A DNA stretch of 59,757 nt, filler included, from 5 parts of 5 records of this genome joined end to end with filler, not necessarily neighbours in it, one strand, 5' to 3'. Positions 29,851 to 38,154 are shown, counted from the whole stretch's first letter. Notes: generated by a model from the letters alone, not told the origin. Program-made: numbers and translations.

Positions 29851-30280
29851 GCTCAAGCGTTATTTTTTTCCTGAAACCACAGTCACAGCAAGAAAAGAGC
29901 ACATCAAGCCGTCAGATAAGGGCTTACGAGAATCTCCGGAAATAGAGGTTTCCCTTGGGTATGGAGTTAATAGCGAAGAAAGACTCCTAGTTTTAAACGT
30001 AACCGTTGAAACTGTCGAGCTCGTCGATGAGAATCCATACGAGTTCAAAATCACGGCCTTTGGGTCTTTCAAAGTGGAGAGCACGGAAGGGAAGCAGGAG
30101 TTTGATGATGATTTTCATGCAAACAAGAAGCAACTAACCAGGAACTGCGCGCAAATACTGATCGGATCAATCCGTGATCACCTGCTGAGCGTTACTGCAA
30201 AATCCGCGTTTGGTCCACTTTATCTGGATACTGTCTATATTGGGCTAGAGAATATACCAGACGAACCTGAGCATGCTTAA
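29837..30280 (+). CDS. SecB-like chaperone (third TAC component)
   Basis: PYEFKITAFGSF...NCAQILIGSIRDHLLSVTAKSAFGPLYLDTV matches the SecB C-terminal helix pattern; overlaps higA. Confidence 0.8.
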   Translation: MWQLELKRYFFPETTVTARKEHIKPSDKGLRESPEIEVSLGYGVNSEERLLVLNVTVETVELVDENPYEFKITAFGSFKVESTEGKQEFDDDFHANKKQLTRNCAQILIGSIRDHLLSVTAKSAFGPLYLDTVYIGLENIPDEPEHA

Positions 30281-30302
30281 AGCCCGCATTCGCGGGCTTT
30301 TC
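30279..30302. terminator. Bidirectional intrinsic terminator
   Basis: AAAGCCCGC-ATTC-GCGGGCTTTT between convergent genes. Confidence 0.8.
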
Positions 30303-30303
30303 C

Positions 30304-31038
30304 TTATCCGCAATAATCCGCCAGCAACTGCTTGTAACGGCTGAGCTTGGTCTGACCCGGATCCAGCCCATACATCTTCACTATCCTCACAAATCGACTG
30401 ACATACTGGCATTTGCCGGAGGGCGGTAACCAGCTTTCCGGGCCCTGGGCACCTTTGCTACGGTTCAGGCTGGCCTCTACTGGTATCAGGTTTATCGGAT
30501 CGTTCGCGAACTTCTCCCGCTTTGCCTTCGTCCAGGAGCTGGCGCCGTGATCCCAGGCCCACTTCAGGGGCACCACATGGTCAATATCAATATCGCCGGC
30601 GTTCTGTATCACGTTGCCGGTAAACATGCTGATCCAGCGCCCGGTAACCACTCTGCAGCGGCGTTCGTCCGCAAACCTCACGGTCGTCGTTGAAGCGGTT
30701 ATCAGCGCTTCAGCGCGGCTATCCCGGCAGTCTCCATCTGCATCATCCCAGCCATGCCCAAACTTGCTTCTCTCATAACCACTGCTGGCCGGCTGCCTGA
30801 CCGGCGCTTCGGCTTTTGCTATGGAGCGAAACTCGCTCATGTTCTTTGGCAGGCGCCCGCCTGACTGGATGCAAGCGTGAACTGAATCGAAAGCCTGGTA
30901 GTTCTTCGTGCGGTCGTAGTGGGAGCTGGCGGGTGGGTGGCAGATTCCTGATTTCGATTTCTTGACGAGCTCTGCCTGTGCCGTAGTGGCGCTGGCTATC
31001 AGCACCAAGGCGAGGAGGGTATTCACTACTGCTTTCAA
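30304..31038 (-). CDS. Exported HNH endonuclease (DUF1524-like) with small N-terminal Cys/His domain
   Basis: TTG start with GGGAGA RBS, signal peptide ending in AQA; YERSKFGHGWDDADGDCRDSR, DIDHVVPL..AW..GA, FANDPINL, NRSKG. Confidence 0.85.
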   Translation of the reverse strand: MKAVVNTLLALVLIASATTAQAELVKKSKSGICHPPASSHYDRTKNYQAFDSVHACIQSGGRLPKNMSEFRSIAKAEAPVRQPASSGYERSKFGHGWDDADGDCRDSRAEALITASTTTVRFADERRCRVVTGRWISMFTGNVIQNAGDIDIDHVVPLKWAWDHGASSWTKAKREKFANDPINLIPVEASLNRSKGAQGPESWLPPSGKCQYVSRFVRIVKMYGLDPGQTKLSRYKQLLADYCG

Positions 31039-31113
31039 TGTGACGGTCTCCCTGTTTTGCGAGGGCGGAACCATAGCCTATTTCGGGATATCACGGAAAT
31101 GCTATACAAAAAG

Positions 31114-31156
31114 ATAGCAAAAGCTATTGACCAAAAAATATAGCCGGTGCTATTGT
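31114..31156 (+). promoter_or_regulatory. OL operators and PL promoter
   Basis: ATAGCAAAAGCTAT (31114-31127), ATAGCCGGTGCTAT (31140-31153); TTGACC-N18-TATTGT. Confidence 0.8.
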
Positions 31157-31189
31157 TTGCCCATAGTCGTTGATCAGGGAGACAACACC

Positions 31190-31579
31190 ATGGGCCGCAG
31201 ACAGAAACCGCAGTACCCCCGAATGATCGTTGAGCTGGCGGACGAGTCACTGCTTCCGCCTCGCCGGGCCGAAGTCGTCATGCTGGCAGCCCGGGGCATG
31301 AGCACAAAAGAGATTGCGCGAGAGCTCAACATTTCACCCGCTACCGTTAGCTGGCACCTCGACGAGGCCAAAGATCAGCTGCATGCCCACAGCAAAGCAG
31401 ATCTGGTTTCCCAGGGCTGGATGCAAGGCCTGTTTCGGGCCCGGATGCTCGCTTGGGCGCTGATGGCCTTCGCTACCGTGCCCGCGATGCGCAGTCGGCC
31501 CACGCCAATCAGTGGCGGTCGCCCTCCCGTTACCCAGAACACCATCGGCCGCACGGCTATTCGCGGCATCTACGCATAA
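31190..31579 (+). CDS. LuxR-type HTH protein, first gene of the PL operon
   Basis: LPPRRAEVVMLAARGMSTKEIARELNISPATVSWHL. Confidence 0.85.
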   Translation: MGRRQKPQYPRMIVELADESLLPPRRAEVVMLAARGMSTKEIARELNISPATVSWHLDEAKDQLHAHSKADLVSQGWMQGLFRARMLAWALMAFATVPAMRSRPTPISGGRPPVTQNTIGRTAIRGIYA

Positions 31580-31589
31580 GGAGCAGAGC

Positions 31590-31793
31590 ATGGCAGCTGT
31601 AACTGTGGAATTTCCGGAACACCTGACCCTGGCAAAACTGGATCCTGCACTCCGCCAGCTTGCAACCGAGCTGGGATGCGAGATTCGCCTGGGCGCTAAT
31701 CGCACCTACAAGGTCGTGCCCAGGGAAAAGAACGTGGTCCGTCTGCCTGTGCGGCTGCGGCAAATCAATCAGCCGGGCCCGGGCGCGGCATAA
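31590..31793 (+). CDS. Phage hypothetical protein
   Basis: TAAGGAG RBS; 67 aa. Confidence 0.65.
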   Translation: MAAVTVEFPEHLTLAKLDPALRQLATELGCEIRLGANRTYKVVPREKNVVRLPVRLRQINQPGPGAA

Positions 31794-31803
31794 GGAGATC
31801 GGC

Positions 31804-31992
31804 ATGCTAGTAGTTACCAGGAAGGACGGCGAAGCGCTGGTGATCACCCCGGAGGGTGGGCCGGAGATCAAGGTGGTGATGATCCATAACAGCGGCAACA
31901 CAGCCCGCATGGGAATCATTGCGCCGAAGTCGGTGACCATCGACCGGGAGGAAGTCCACCTGAAGAAGCGGGAGGGTAAGCGCCGTGGCTGA
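31804..31992 (+). CDS. csrA: Phage-encoded CsrA/RsmA homolog
   Basis: TAAGGAG RBS; MLVVTRKDGEALVI...ARMGIIAPKSVTIDREEV aligns to CsrA MLILTR..GE...I...VRIG..APK.V.VHREEI. Confidence 0.85.
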   Translation: MLVVTRKDGEALVITPEGGPEIKVVMIHNSGNTARMGIIAPKSVTIDREEVHLKKREGKRRG

Positions 31993-32275
31993 TGCATGGG
32001 CATGGATACATGAAGGACGGGTGGCCGGTGCGTTTATCGGTAAAACCCCGGCTGACTTCTGCGCTGATCGGTCAGGTGGGTGCGTTATCCCGTTACGGGC
32101 TGAGACCGCCAAGGTCCGGTATGCAGACGAGCTTTACCAGGTGCTCAAAGACCTGACCGGGCTGGCCATGATGGCGGCGGCACCCCTGAACACTTACCAG
32201 GCAGCCGTTCGGAATTCCAACGAGCTGCTGCAACAGATCGAACGCGAATCCACGGAGGACTCAAACCATGGCTGA
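31985..32275 (+). CDS. Phage hypothetical protein
   Basis: Coupled ORF in the PL operon with GGGAGG RBS. Confidence 0.65.
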   Translation: MADAWAWIHEGRVAGAFIGKTPADFCADRSGGCVIPLRAETAKVRYADELYQVLKDLTGLAMMAAAPLNTYQAAVRNSNELLQQIERESTEDSNHG

Positions 32276-32795
32276 TGTTCTGGACGTGCTCGGCGTGATC
32301 AAGGAAGCCGAGCGCTCAACCAAGGCGTTGATGGAAGCCTTCCCGAATTGGTCGGACAGAGCTTTTGCATCGGGCTTTCTGGGAAACATGCGCAGCGCCG
32401 GGCTGATTCACAAGCGCTCGAATGGGTACTGGGCGCTGACCCAAAAGGGCCGCGAGCGGCTGGAAGGTGTCAGTGACCTGGGCAAGAAAGAGGCGGCACC
32501 TGATCCCGCTGCGACTGAAGATCCAGCCGACGAAAAGGTAACCGTTGTGTCGGACTGGGAACAGACCATTCGTGACACGTCACGGAAAGCAGAAAGTGAC
32601 GCAACAGTCGCCCAGCTCAATTCCTGGGAAATGGCCCGCCGTCTTCAGCATGAGATCCCGAATGGCAGCAGCCTGGTGATCGAGGCAGACGAGGTGTTCC
32701 TGGCATGGCGCGGCGCTCGGTTTGCCATCCAAAAGCCGGAAGACCTGCAGGCCTTCAAGGCCATTCAGGAAGCGTATGTGGGCGAGGTGGCGTGA
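32268..32795 (+). CDS. Phage hypothetical protein (N-terminal wHTH-like)
   Basis: GGAGG RBS; GLI...NGYWALTQKGRERL. Confidence 0.65.
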   Translation: MADVLDVLGVIKEAERSTKALMEAFPNWSDRAFASGFLGNMRSAGLIHKRSNGYWALTQKGRERLEGVSDLGKKEAAPDPAATEDPADEKVTVVSDWEQTIRDTSRKAESDATVAQLNSWEMARRLQHEIPNGSSLVIEADEVFLAWRGARFAIQKPEDLQAFKAIQEAYVGEVA

Positions 32796-33025
32796 TGAGC
32801 AGCTATACCCCCCCCCAGATCAAAGTGTTACAGCACATGCAGGAGACCGGGCAGAGCATCAATGTTGATGCCAGCGGCAGGGCCTTCATGGTCGATGGAA
32901 CCCAAGTGAACCAGTTAACGCTACGGGCCCTGGTTAAGAAAGGCGCCCTTGTCCCGTGCGGCAAAGATCTGTTCGGGGAGGGGGTGACTGCATACAGCAT
33001 TTCGAGCGAGGCATTAGCGGCATGA
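32795..33025 (+). CDS. Phage hypothetical protein
   Basis: TGATG coupling; MSSYTPPQ... Confidence 0.6.
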   Translation: MSSYTPPQIKVLQHMQETGQSINVDASGRAFMVDGTQVNQLTLRALVKKGALVPCGKDLFGEGVTAYSISSEALAA

Positions 33026-33180
33026 AGTCGCCAGAAGAAATCATCGAACTGATTGAGAGGGCAGGGCTGGCCTACATCCACTCCAGCGGGTGCGCAGTGC
33101 TCAAAGACGGCACCTGGTTACAGCCAGAGGAATGGGATGTGTGGTTGGAGCACCTGAAAGAAGCGGAGACAGAATCATGA
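33022..33180 (+). CDS. Phage hypothetical protein
   Basis: ATGA coupling; MKSPEEII... Confidence 0.55.
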   Translation: MKSPEEIIELIERAGLAYIHSSGCAVLKDGTWLQPEEWDVWLEHLKEAETES

Positions 33181-33389
33181 GCAAAGGTCCTCAGTACGTA
33201 ATCGGAAGTTCCGCCAGCGATTGCGAGACATCATTGATGCTCAGCGCTACCACCAGCCCGGTGAGCACGCTGGCAACCGTGGCCGAAACCCTGCACTACA
33301 TGAACGCCAACGCCATCGAAAAGATCAGCCACCGGAAGGCCCTGATGAAGGCGGGCCGAAAGGCGCTGAACGTGTTGGGGGATGCGTGA
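33177..33389 (+). CDS. Phage hypothetical protein
   Basis: ATGA coupling; MSKGPQYV... Confidence 0.55.
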   Translation: MSKGPQYVIGSSASDCETSLMLSATTSPVSTLATVAETLHYMNANAIEKISHRKALMKAGRKALNVLGDA

Positions 33390-33673
33390 TGGCCATGACC
33401 CCAGCCGAACGAAAACGCCGTCAGCGGGAGCGGGAAAAGGAGCTGGACATGCAGACCTACCGCATGGAGCTCACCAGCTCAGAGCGACACAGCATTGCCA
33501 AGGCCGCCAGCAGGCAGGGGTATGACGATCAGACAGAGTATTTGCTTGACCTGGTATACGCAGATCTGAAGAAGCCCGCCAGCCGGGCCTGCAACTACCC
33601 GGAGTGCAACTGCCCATTTGATAAGCCGGCAGACGCCGAGTGTTACCGGGGTTATGAGGAGCAGGCTGCATGA
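33389..33673 (+). CDS. Phage protein, possible ribbon-helix-helix DNA-binding protein
   Basis: MAMTPAERKRRQRER...YRMELTSSERHSIAKAA...TEYLLDLV, plus C-terminal Cys cluster. Confidence 0.6.
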   Translation: MAMTPAERKRRQREREKELDMQTYRMELTSSERHSIAKAASRQGYDDQTEYLLDLVYADLKKPASRACNYPECNCPFDKPADAECYRGYEEQAA

Positions 33674-33870
33674 GCATGACGCAGAAGCAAAAGGAAAGGG
33701 CCGTGAAAAAGGCAGTGAAAAAAATGGATGAGGCGGCCGACTGCATGCTTGACCTGGTGGCAATCGCTCACGAACACGGCGTGAAAGACACTGCTCTGGA
33801 GGGCCGCTTTATCTCGGAACTTCGGGAGCGGGCGGGATATTGGGACCGGTGCACATGGTGGAAGAAATGA
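33670..33870 (+). CDS. Phage hypothetical protein
   Basis: ATGA-coupled 66-aa ORF. Confidence 0.55.
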   Translation: MSMTQKQKERAVKKAVKKMDEAADCMLDLVAIAHEHGVKDTALEGRFISELRERAGYWDRCTWWKK

Positions 33871-34136
33871 TTGAGCCTCAGCTCCAAATGCCCAGGGCCT
33901 GCATCAGCTGCGAACACTACAGCCCGGTAGGGCATGACGATGACAAGCATTGCCCGTTTACCAACCGGTGGGGCGAAACCCATGGGCGAACCAGTTACGG
34001 CCAGTGCGATCTGCACGGCCAGGAAGTCTTCGCCACGGAAATATGCAATAGCCACGAGCCAGAGCCTTTCGTTCACCTAGTGGACGTGACCAATCGGCCA
34101 GAGCCTCGATCTGCAATACAGGAGAGACTGCTGTGA
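33867..34136 (+). CDS. Cys/His-rich phage protein
   Basis: CISCEHY...HCPF...GQCDLH...ICNSH. Confidence 0.6.
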   Translation: MIEPQLQMPRACISCEHYSPVGHDDDKHCPFTNRWGETHGRTSYGQCDLHGQEVFATEICNSHEPEPFVHLVDVTNRPEPRSAIQERLL

Positions 34137-34474
34137 CCAGACCAATGTTTATCAGCGAGCGCAGCGACGAGCAGGCCGAAATGTTTGCCAAGTTGCTCCC
34201 GAAGGACGTTTACACACTCTTACGCCTGTTTGAGAACTACCGCGGGATTGATCTGCCTCAGGGTTGGCAGGATCTGCTGCAGGTATACCACAGCGTTTTC
34301 GAGGATCCCGACAAGCGGCCAAAGACCTCATGGCGTCCCGATCGGCTGCGCAAGGCTCTGGATAAAGCTCAGGAGCTGGGCCTGATTGAACTGCAGCGCA
34401 ATCATCACTGGATGATTACACCCGAAGGGCTAAAGGCTCGGAAGGCAGAGACTGTGCGGAGGATGAAAGGGTGA
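34133..34474 (+). CDS. Phage hypothetical protein (wHTH-like C-terminus)
   Basis: GTGA coupling; LGLIEL....WMITPEG. Confidence 0.6.
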   Translation: MTRPMFISERSDEQAEMFAKLLPKDVYTLLRLFENYRGIDLPQGWQDLLQVYHSVFEDPDKRPKTSWRPDRLRKALDKAQELGLIELQRNHHWMITPEGLKARKAETVRRMKG

Positions 34475-35598
34475 ACATCGAACTAAATCCAATCGCAGAA
34501 TCCAAAGTCCGCCAGCTGGGCGGCGATGTTTGCGGGGTGCTGGTGCGGGATGACAGCGGAGTTATGGCCGTGTCCGAGCATGGCCGCTGCACTCGTCTTG
34601 ATGTGGCGGTCATGGGGCCGGTTGAACCGGCTGGCATGAGTGAGCGTGAACTGTTTGAGAAGTGGATGGCTGACAACGTTGATGACTGCGATGACATCGG
34701 AAGCGAAACCCTGTTTCAGTGCTGGCAAGCCGCGCGCGCTCGAGGTGGTCAGCCCGAGAATCCGGCAGCATGGGTGAGTCGAGACCTTTTAAATGGCGAA
34801 TGCGTAGGATCGATGGCTTACCGCGAGAAAAATGGCAACGATCAGGTGCCTGTATATGCCAGCGCTCAAAGTGGGCAGGGTGTGGAGGCACGAGGCTTCG
34901 ACTTTGACGGCTGGTACGACAAACACGAAAGCCTTTTCCGTGAAGGGGCGGGCAAGTCTGACCTAAGGGCGGCATATAGACAGGGTTATAGAGACTCACA
35001 GCCCCAGCCCGCCGTGCCGGAGGGGTGGAGAGTTATCCGTATGCCGGAATTGCAGAAAGCCCTTATGACAGGCCCGATAATTGGGTTGGATGGGCCGCGA
35101 GGTGAGTCAGTGCCTGTGGTTTCGGATTCTGACGATAGGAGGGAAAGGCATCTGTACCAGTTCCTGGGCGCCCTACTCTCCACCCCAACCACGCCCCAGC
35201 CAGCAAGCCCTTCTGTGCCTGTTTCGGTGATAACACCCGAAATCGTTGATTGGGTGAAGTGCGGGATTGCTGCGAACAACAGACACAAGGAAAAGGAAGC
35301 TGTAGATGCGTTCCACAGATTCAACGATGCAGTACTGAAGGCTTCTGAGGCAATGAACAATGACGCCTCCCCCACGCCCCAGGCTGATGGGTGCAAACAG
35401 GCCGTAATTTTAACCGTCTGCTATCAGGAAGGTTGCAGCGAATGGGAACCGATCTATTTCAGCCCAGACGCTTCGGATGAAGTGATCGAAGCCACTGTTT
35501 ACGAAGATCTCTACCACGAAATCCACTCAAACCCTGGCTTCAGGAGCTATAGCTGGAAGCGGGTTGAGAGCCCACAACCAGCGAAGGAGGGCGAGTGA
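34471..35598 (+). CDS. Modular (Ea/Ead-like) phage early protein
   Basis: RELFEKW..WQAARA, PAAW, PVY and PAVPEGW modules separated by PTPQ-type linkers. Confidence 0.65.
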   Translation: MNIELNPIAESKVRQLGGDVCGVLVRDDSGVMAVSEHGRCTRLDVAVMGPVEPAGMSERELFEKWMADNVDDCDDIGSETLFQCWQAARARGGQPENPAAWVSRDLLNGECVGSMAYREKNGNDQVPVYASAQSGQGVEARGFDFDGWYDKHESLFREGAGKSDLRAAYRQGYRDSQPQPAVPEGWRVIRMPELQKALMTGPIIGLDGPRGESVPVVSDSDDRRERHLYQFLGALLSTPTTPQPASPSVPVSVITPEIVDWVKCGIAANNRHKEKEAVDAFHRFNDAVLKASEAMNNDASPTPQADGCKQAVILTVCYQEGCSEWEPIYFSPDASDEVIEATVYEDLYHEIHSNPGFRSYSWKRVESPQPAKEGE

Positions 35599-35858
35599 TG
35601 GCAAAGGCAATAGCGCGACTCTGTGATATGAGAGAAGGCAAGGCCCTTCAGTTATTCGTTGAAGATGATGGCGATGTGATCGTGTCCGTTATCTCAGAGA
35701 ATGGGATCTATGCAAAAGGCGCCCAATTCTGCGTTTCTGGATCTCAGTCACGCCGCACGGTTCGTGCATTACATGAGCTTTTCGAGGCGATGGCCGAAGA
35801 CGAGAAATCACTGCCTCATGGCGTTGGCATGAAGTTGGAGGGCGAAGGCGATGAGTGA
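35595..35858 (+). CDS. Phage hypothetical protein
   Basis: Coupled ORF with GGAGG RBS. Confidence 0.6.
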   Translation: MMAKAIARLCDMREGKALQLFVEDDGDVIVSVISENGIYAKGAQFCVSGSQSRRTVRALHELFEAMAEDEKSLPHGVGMKLEGEGDE

Positions 35859-36198
35859 TCTTCTTCGGTACAGAGTGACCTCACAAGACGGCGCTCCAGC
35901 AAGATTTGACGAGTCGGAAACCGGCTACTGGACGCCATGGCATATCGCTCAGCGGCGCTGCAATGACCTCCGCGACAAGCTGGAACAGGCAGAGGCGCGG
36001 GTGGCGGAGCTGGAGGGCAGCATCAAGCACGCCATCGGCTGGATTGATGGCGATCTCCGAGAGCTAATCCGGGACATGGGTAACACGGTTTGCACCTACA
36101 ACGATCTTTATGATGCCGCAGACCGCATTGAGGCGATTCTTGTTCAGAGCCTGAGACAACAAGCCGACGAAGCCGAGCGGGCGGGAGGCGGGAAATGA
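35851..36198 (+). CDS. Phage hypothetical protein
   Basis: GYWTPWHIA plus coiled coil AEARVAELE. Confidence 0.6.
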   Translation: MSDLLRYRVTSQDGAPARFDESETGYWTPWHIAQRRCNDLRDKLEQAEARVAELEGSIKHAIGWIDGDLRELIRDMGNTVCTYNDLYDAADRIEAILVQSLRQQADEAERAGGGK

Positions 36199-36512
36199 AG
36201 CAACCACCAGAAACCATCTACCTAATCCATGGCGAGGACGACGACGGCCCCTGCATGGTCTGGTGCGATGATCCAGCGCCATCCTATGCCTGTGATCCTG
36301 CCGAGGCGGTGAAGTATGTCCGGGTGGACGCTATACGGGAGCGGCTTTTCCACCGTTGGCCGGGGTGTACAGATCACAACTGCATTGTGACAGGCAAGAA
36401 AACAGGAATGGGCACGAACGGCGGCTGCCACTGCGTACAGAACGCAAGCCGCACTGAGCTGAATATTCTGGCGGCACGATTGGCCGCGATGATGGGAGGA
36501 TGTAAGGCATGA
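36195..36512 (+). CDS. Phage hypothetical protein
   Basis: PETIYL..VWCDDP..AVKYVR.D and GMGTNGGCHC modules. Confidence 0.6.
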   Translation: MKQPPETIYLIHGEDDDGPCMVWCDDPAPSYACDPAEAVKYVRVDAIRERLFHRWPGCTDHNCIVTGKKTGMGTNGGCHCVQNASRTELNILAARLAAMMGGCKA

Positions 36513-36802
36513 GTCAGTTTGAACAACCAGATTTGGATTTGTTGATGGAGACGCTGCAGGGAATTCGAACAGCAGCGGACACTGCTTGCGATACTGCTGA
36601 GGAAGCCGGGATAACAGGAGGGATTAATCGGTTGGACCTTGGAGTTGTCGAGGTTCGATTCTGCATAAATGAGAACGGCAAGTGCAGCTATGAAGTGGTG
36701 ATTGGAGGGGCTGCGCCTGCCGAACACGGTCTGATTGAGCATATACGTTCAGCACTAGATCACGCGCAGCTTGCCTATCCACTTGTAGTGCGTACGGAGT
36801 AG
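36509..36802 (+). CDS. Phage hypothetical protein
   Basis: ATGA-coupled 97-aa ORF. Confidence 0.55.
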   Translation: MSQFEQPDLDLLMETLQGIRTAADTACDTAEEAGITGGINRLDLGVVEVRFCINENGKCSYEVVIGGAAPAEHGLIEHIRSALDHAQLAYPLVVRTE

Positions 36803-36806
36803 TGAC

Positions 36807-37001
36807 ATGAAGCTCATGAAAGCGACGCAGTTCCGGACTCGGTACTTTGAGAAGGGGAGCGAGCCGGATATGAAAACGCTGAAAAAGTGCATCGACGAAG
36901 GCGAGTTGCCCGGCCAGCGTATCGGAACCATCTACTATGTGGATTTGGACAGGCTTAAGGTATCGAATAACCCGCTGGTGAATAGGGTACTGGCAGCATG
37001 A
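36807..37001 (+). CDS. xis: Excisionase-like protein
   Basis: Small basic wHTH (TLKKCIDEGELPGQRIGTIYYVD) overlapping the int start. Confidence 0.75.
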   Translation: MKLMKATQFRTRYFEKGSEPDMKTLKKCIDEGELPGQRIGTIYYVDLDRLKVSNNPLVNRVLAA

Positions 37002-38074
37002 GTCCAAGGCCTCGCAGACCGAAGAATAGAGCTTTGCCACCGAATCTGTATCCAAACAATGGTGGCAAGTCATACCAGTATCGTCATCCGGTTACCGGAA
37101 AGTTCCACGGTATGGGATCCAATAAGGCTCAGGCCATAGCAGCTGCCAAGGAACTGAACGCGCACTTGATGCCAGAAAATGACCTGGTGGCGAAGGTGCT
37201 GGGCAATGTGACGATCAGCCAGCACATCAAATGGTTCTTCGAGAATGTCGCTCCGGAGCGGGAATACAAGCCGAGCACCCTGGAAATGTACCGAGTCCAG
37301 GCTCGAAAGCTGGAGGCAGCCATGGGCGATGTGGCGGTCGAAGACGTGAGCGTTCAGGATATCGCCGAGCTACTGGAAAAGTATTCGCCGCGGTCCGCGA
37401 ACCAGATTCGGCAGGTGGCTGTCGGCCTGTTCAGAGTGGCAGTGAGCAGGGGACTTCGATCAGATAACCCTGCCGAGGCCACGCTGAAGCGCAGAGAAAA
37501 GAAAGCCCGCGGGCGGCTCACCCAGGCACAGTACGACGCCATCCACGCGCTGTGCCCGGCATGGGCTCAGAACGCCATGGATCTTGCTCTTATTACGCTG
37601 CAGCGCCGGGGTGATGTGTCGCGGATGAAGTTCGACAACATCCGCGACGAAAAGCTGTACGTGGTGCAGGAGAAAACGGAGAAGTACGACACCGGCTATT
37701 TGGCCATCGGCATTGGCCCGAAGCTGAAGAAGGTTATCCGGCGGTGCCGTGACGATCTGGCCAGTCCGTACCTGGTGCATCGCAGGCCTGAGCGTAAAGT
37801 GAAAGACCGGGAGGGAATGGATCACTGGACGCAGGTTCGTCCTCAGATGATTACCAGGGCATTCGCTGAAGCCCGGGACGAATCCGGCTTGTTCGATGGC
37901 GTGCCTGAAAATGAGCTGCCAACGTTCCACGAGATCCGGGCGCTGGGCATCAAGAACTATCGGGACAAGGGAGTAGACCCGCAACAGTTGGCGGGCCATG
38001 CCAGTGCAAAAATGACCAGCAACTATGACTCGGGACACGATGAAATTCGGTGGGTAGAGGTTGCTGCAGAGTAG
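36998..38074 (+). CDS. int: Tyrosine integrase, lambda family
   Basis: N-terminal arm-binding LPPNLY..YQYRHPVTGK; catalytic R (LQRRGD), HEIR, GH and Y. Confidence 0.95.
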   Translation: MSPRPRRPKNRALPPNLYPNNGGKSYQYRHPVTGKFHGMGSNKAQAIAAAKELNAHLMPENDLVAKVLGNVTISQHIKWFFENVAPEREYKPSTLEMYRVQARKLEAAMGDVAVEDVSVQDIAELLEKYSPRSANQIRQVAVGLFRVAVSRGLRSDNPAEATLKRREKKARGRLTQAQYDAIHALCPAWAQNAMDLALITLQRRGDVSRMKFDNIRDEKLYVVQEKTEKYDTGYLAIGIGPKLKKVIRRCRDDLASPYLVHRRPERKVKDREGMDHWTQVRPQMITRAFAEARDESGLFDGVPENELPTFHEIRALGIKNYRDKGVDPQQLAGHASAKMTSNYDSGHDEIRWVEVAAE

Positions 38075-38120
38075 GGGGTTTTGGTTTTCTATTGGTTCTA
38101 TTTTGGTTGGCCAAAAACGA

Positions 38121-38154
38121 AAAAAGGCAGACCTCTTTTAAGTGTCTGCCTTTT
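38121..38154. terminator. Bidirectional terminator between int and the tRNA 3' end
   Basis: AAAAAGGCAGAC...GTCTGCCTTTT. Confidence 0.75.
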
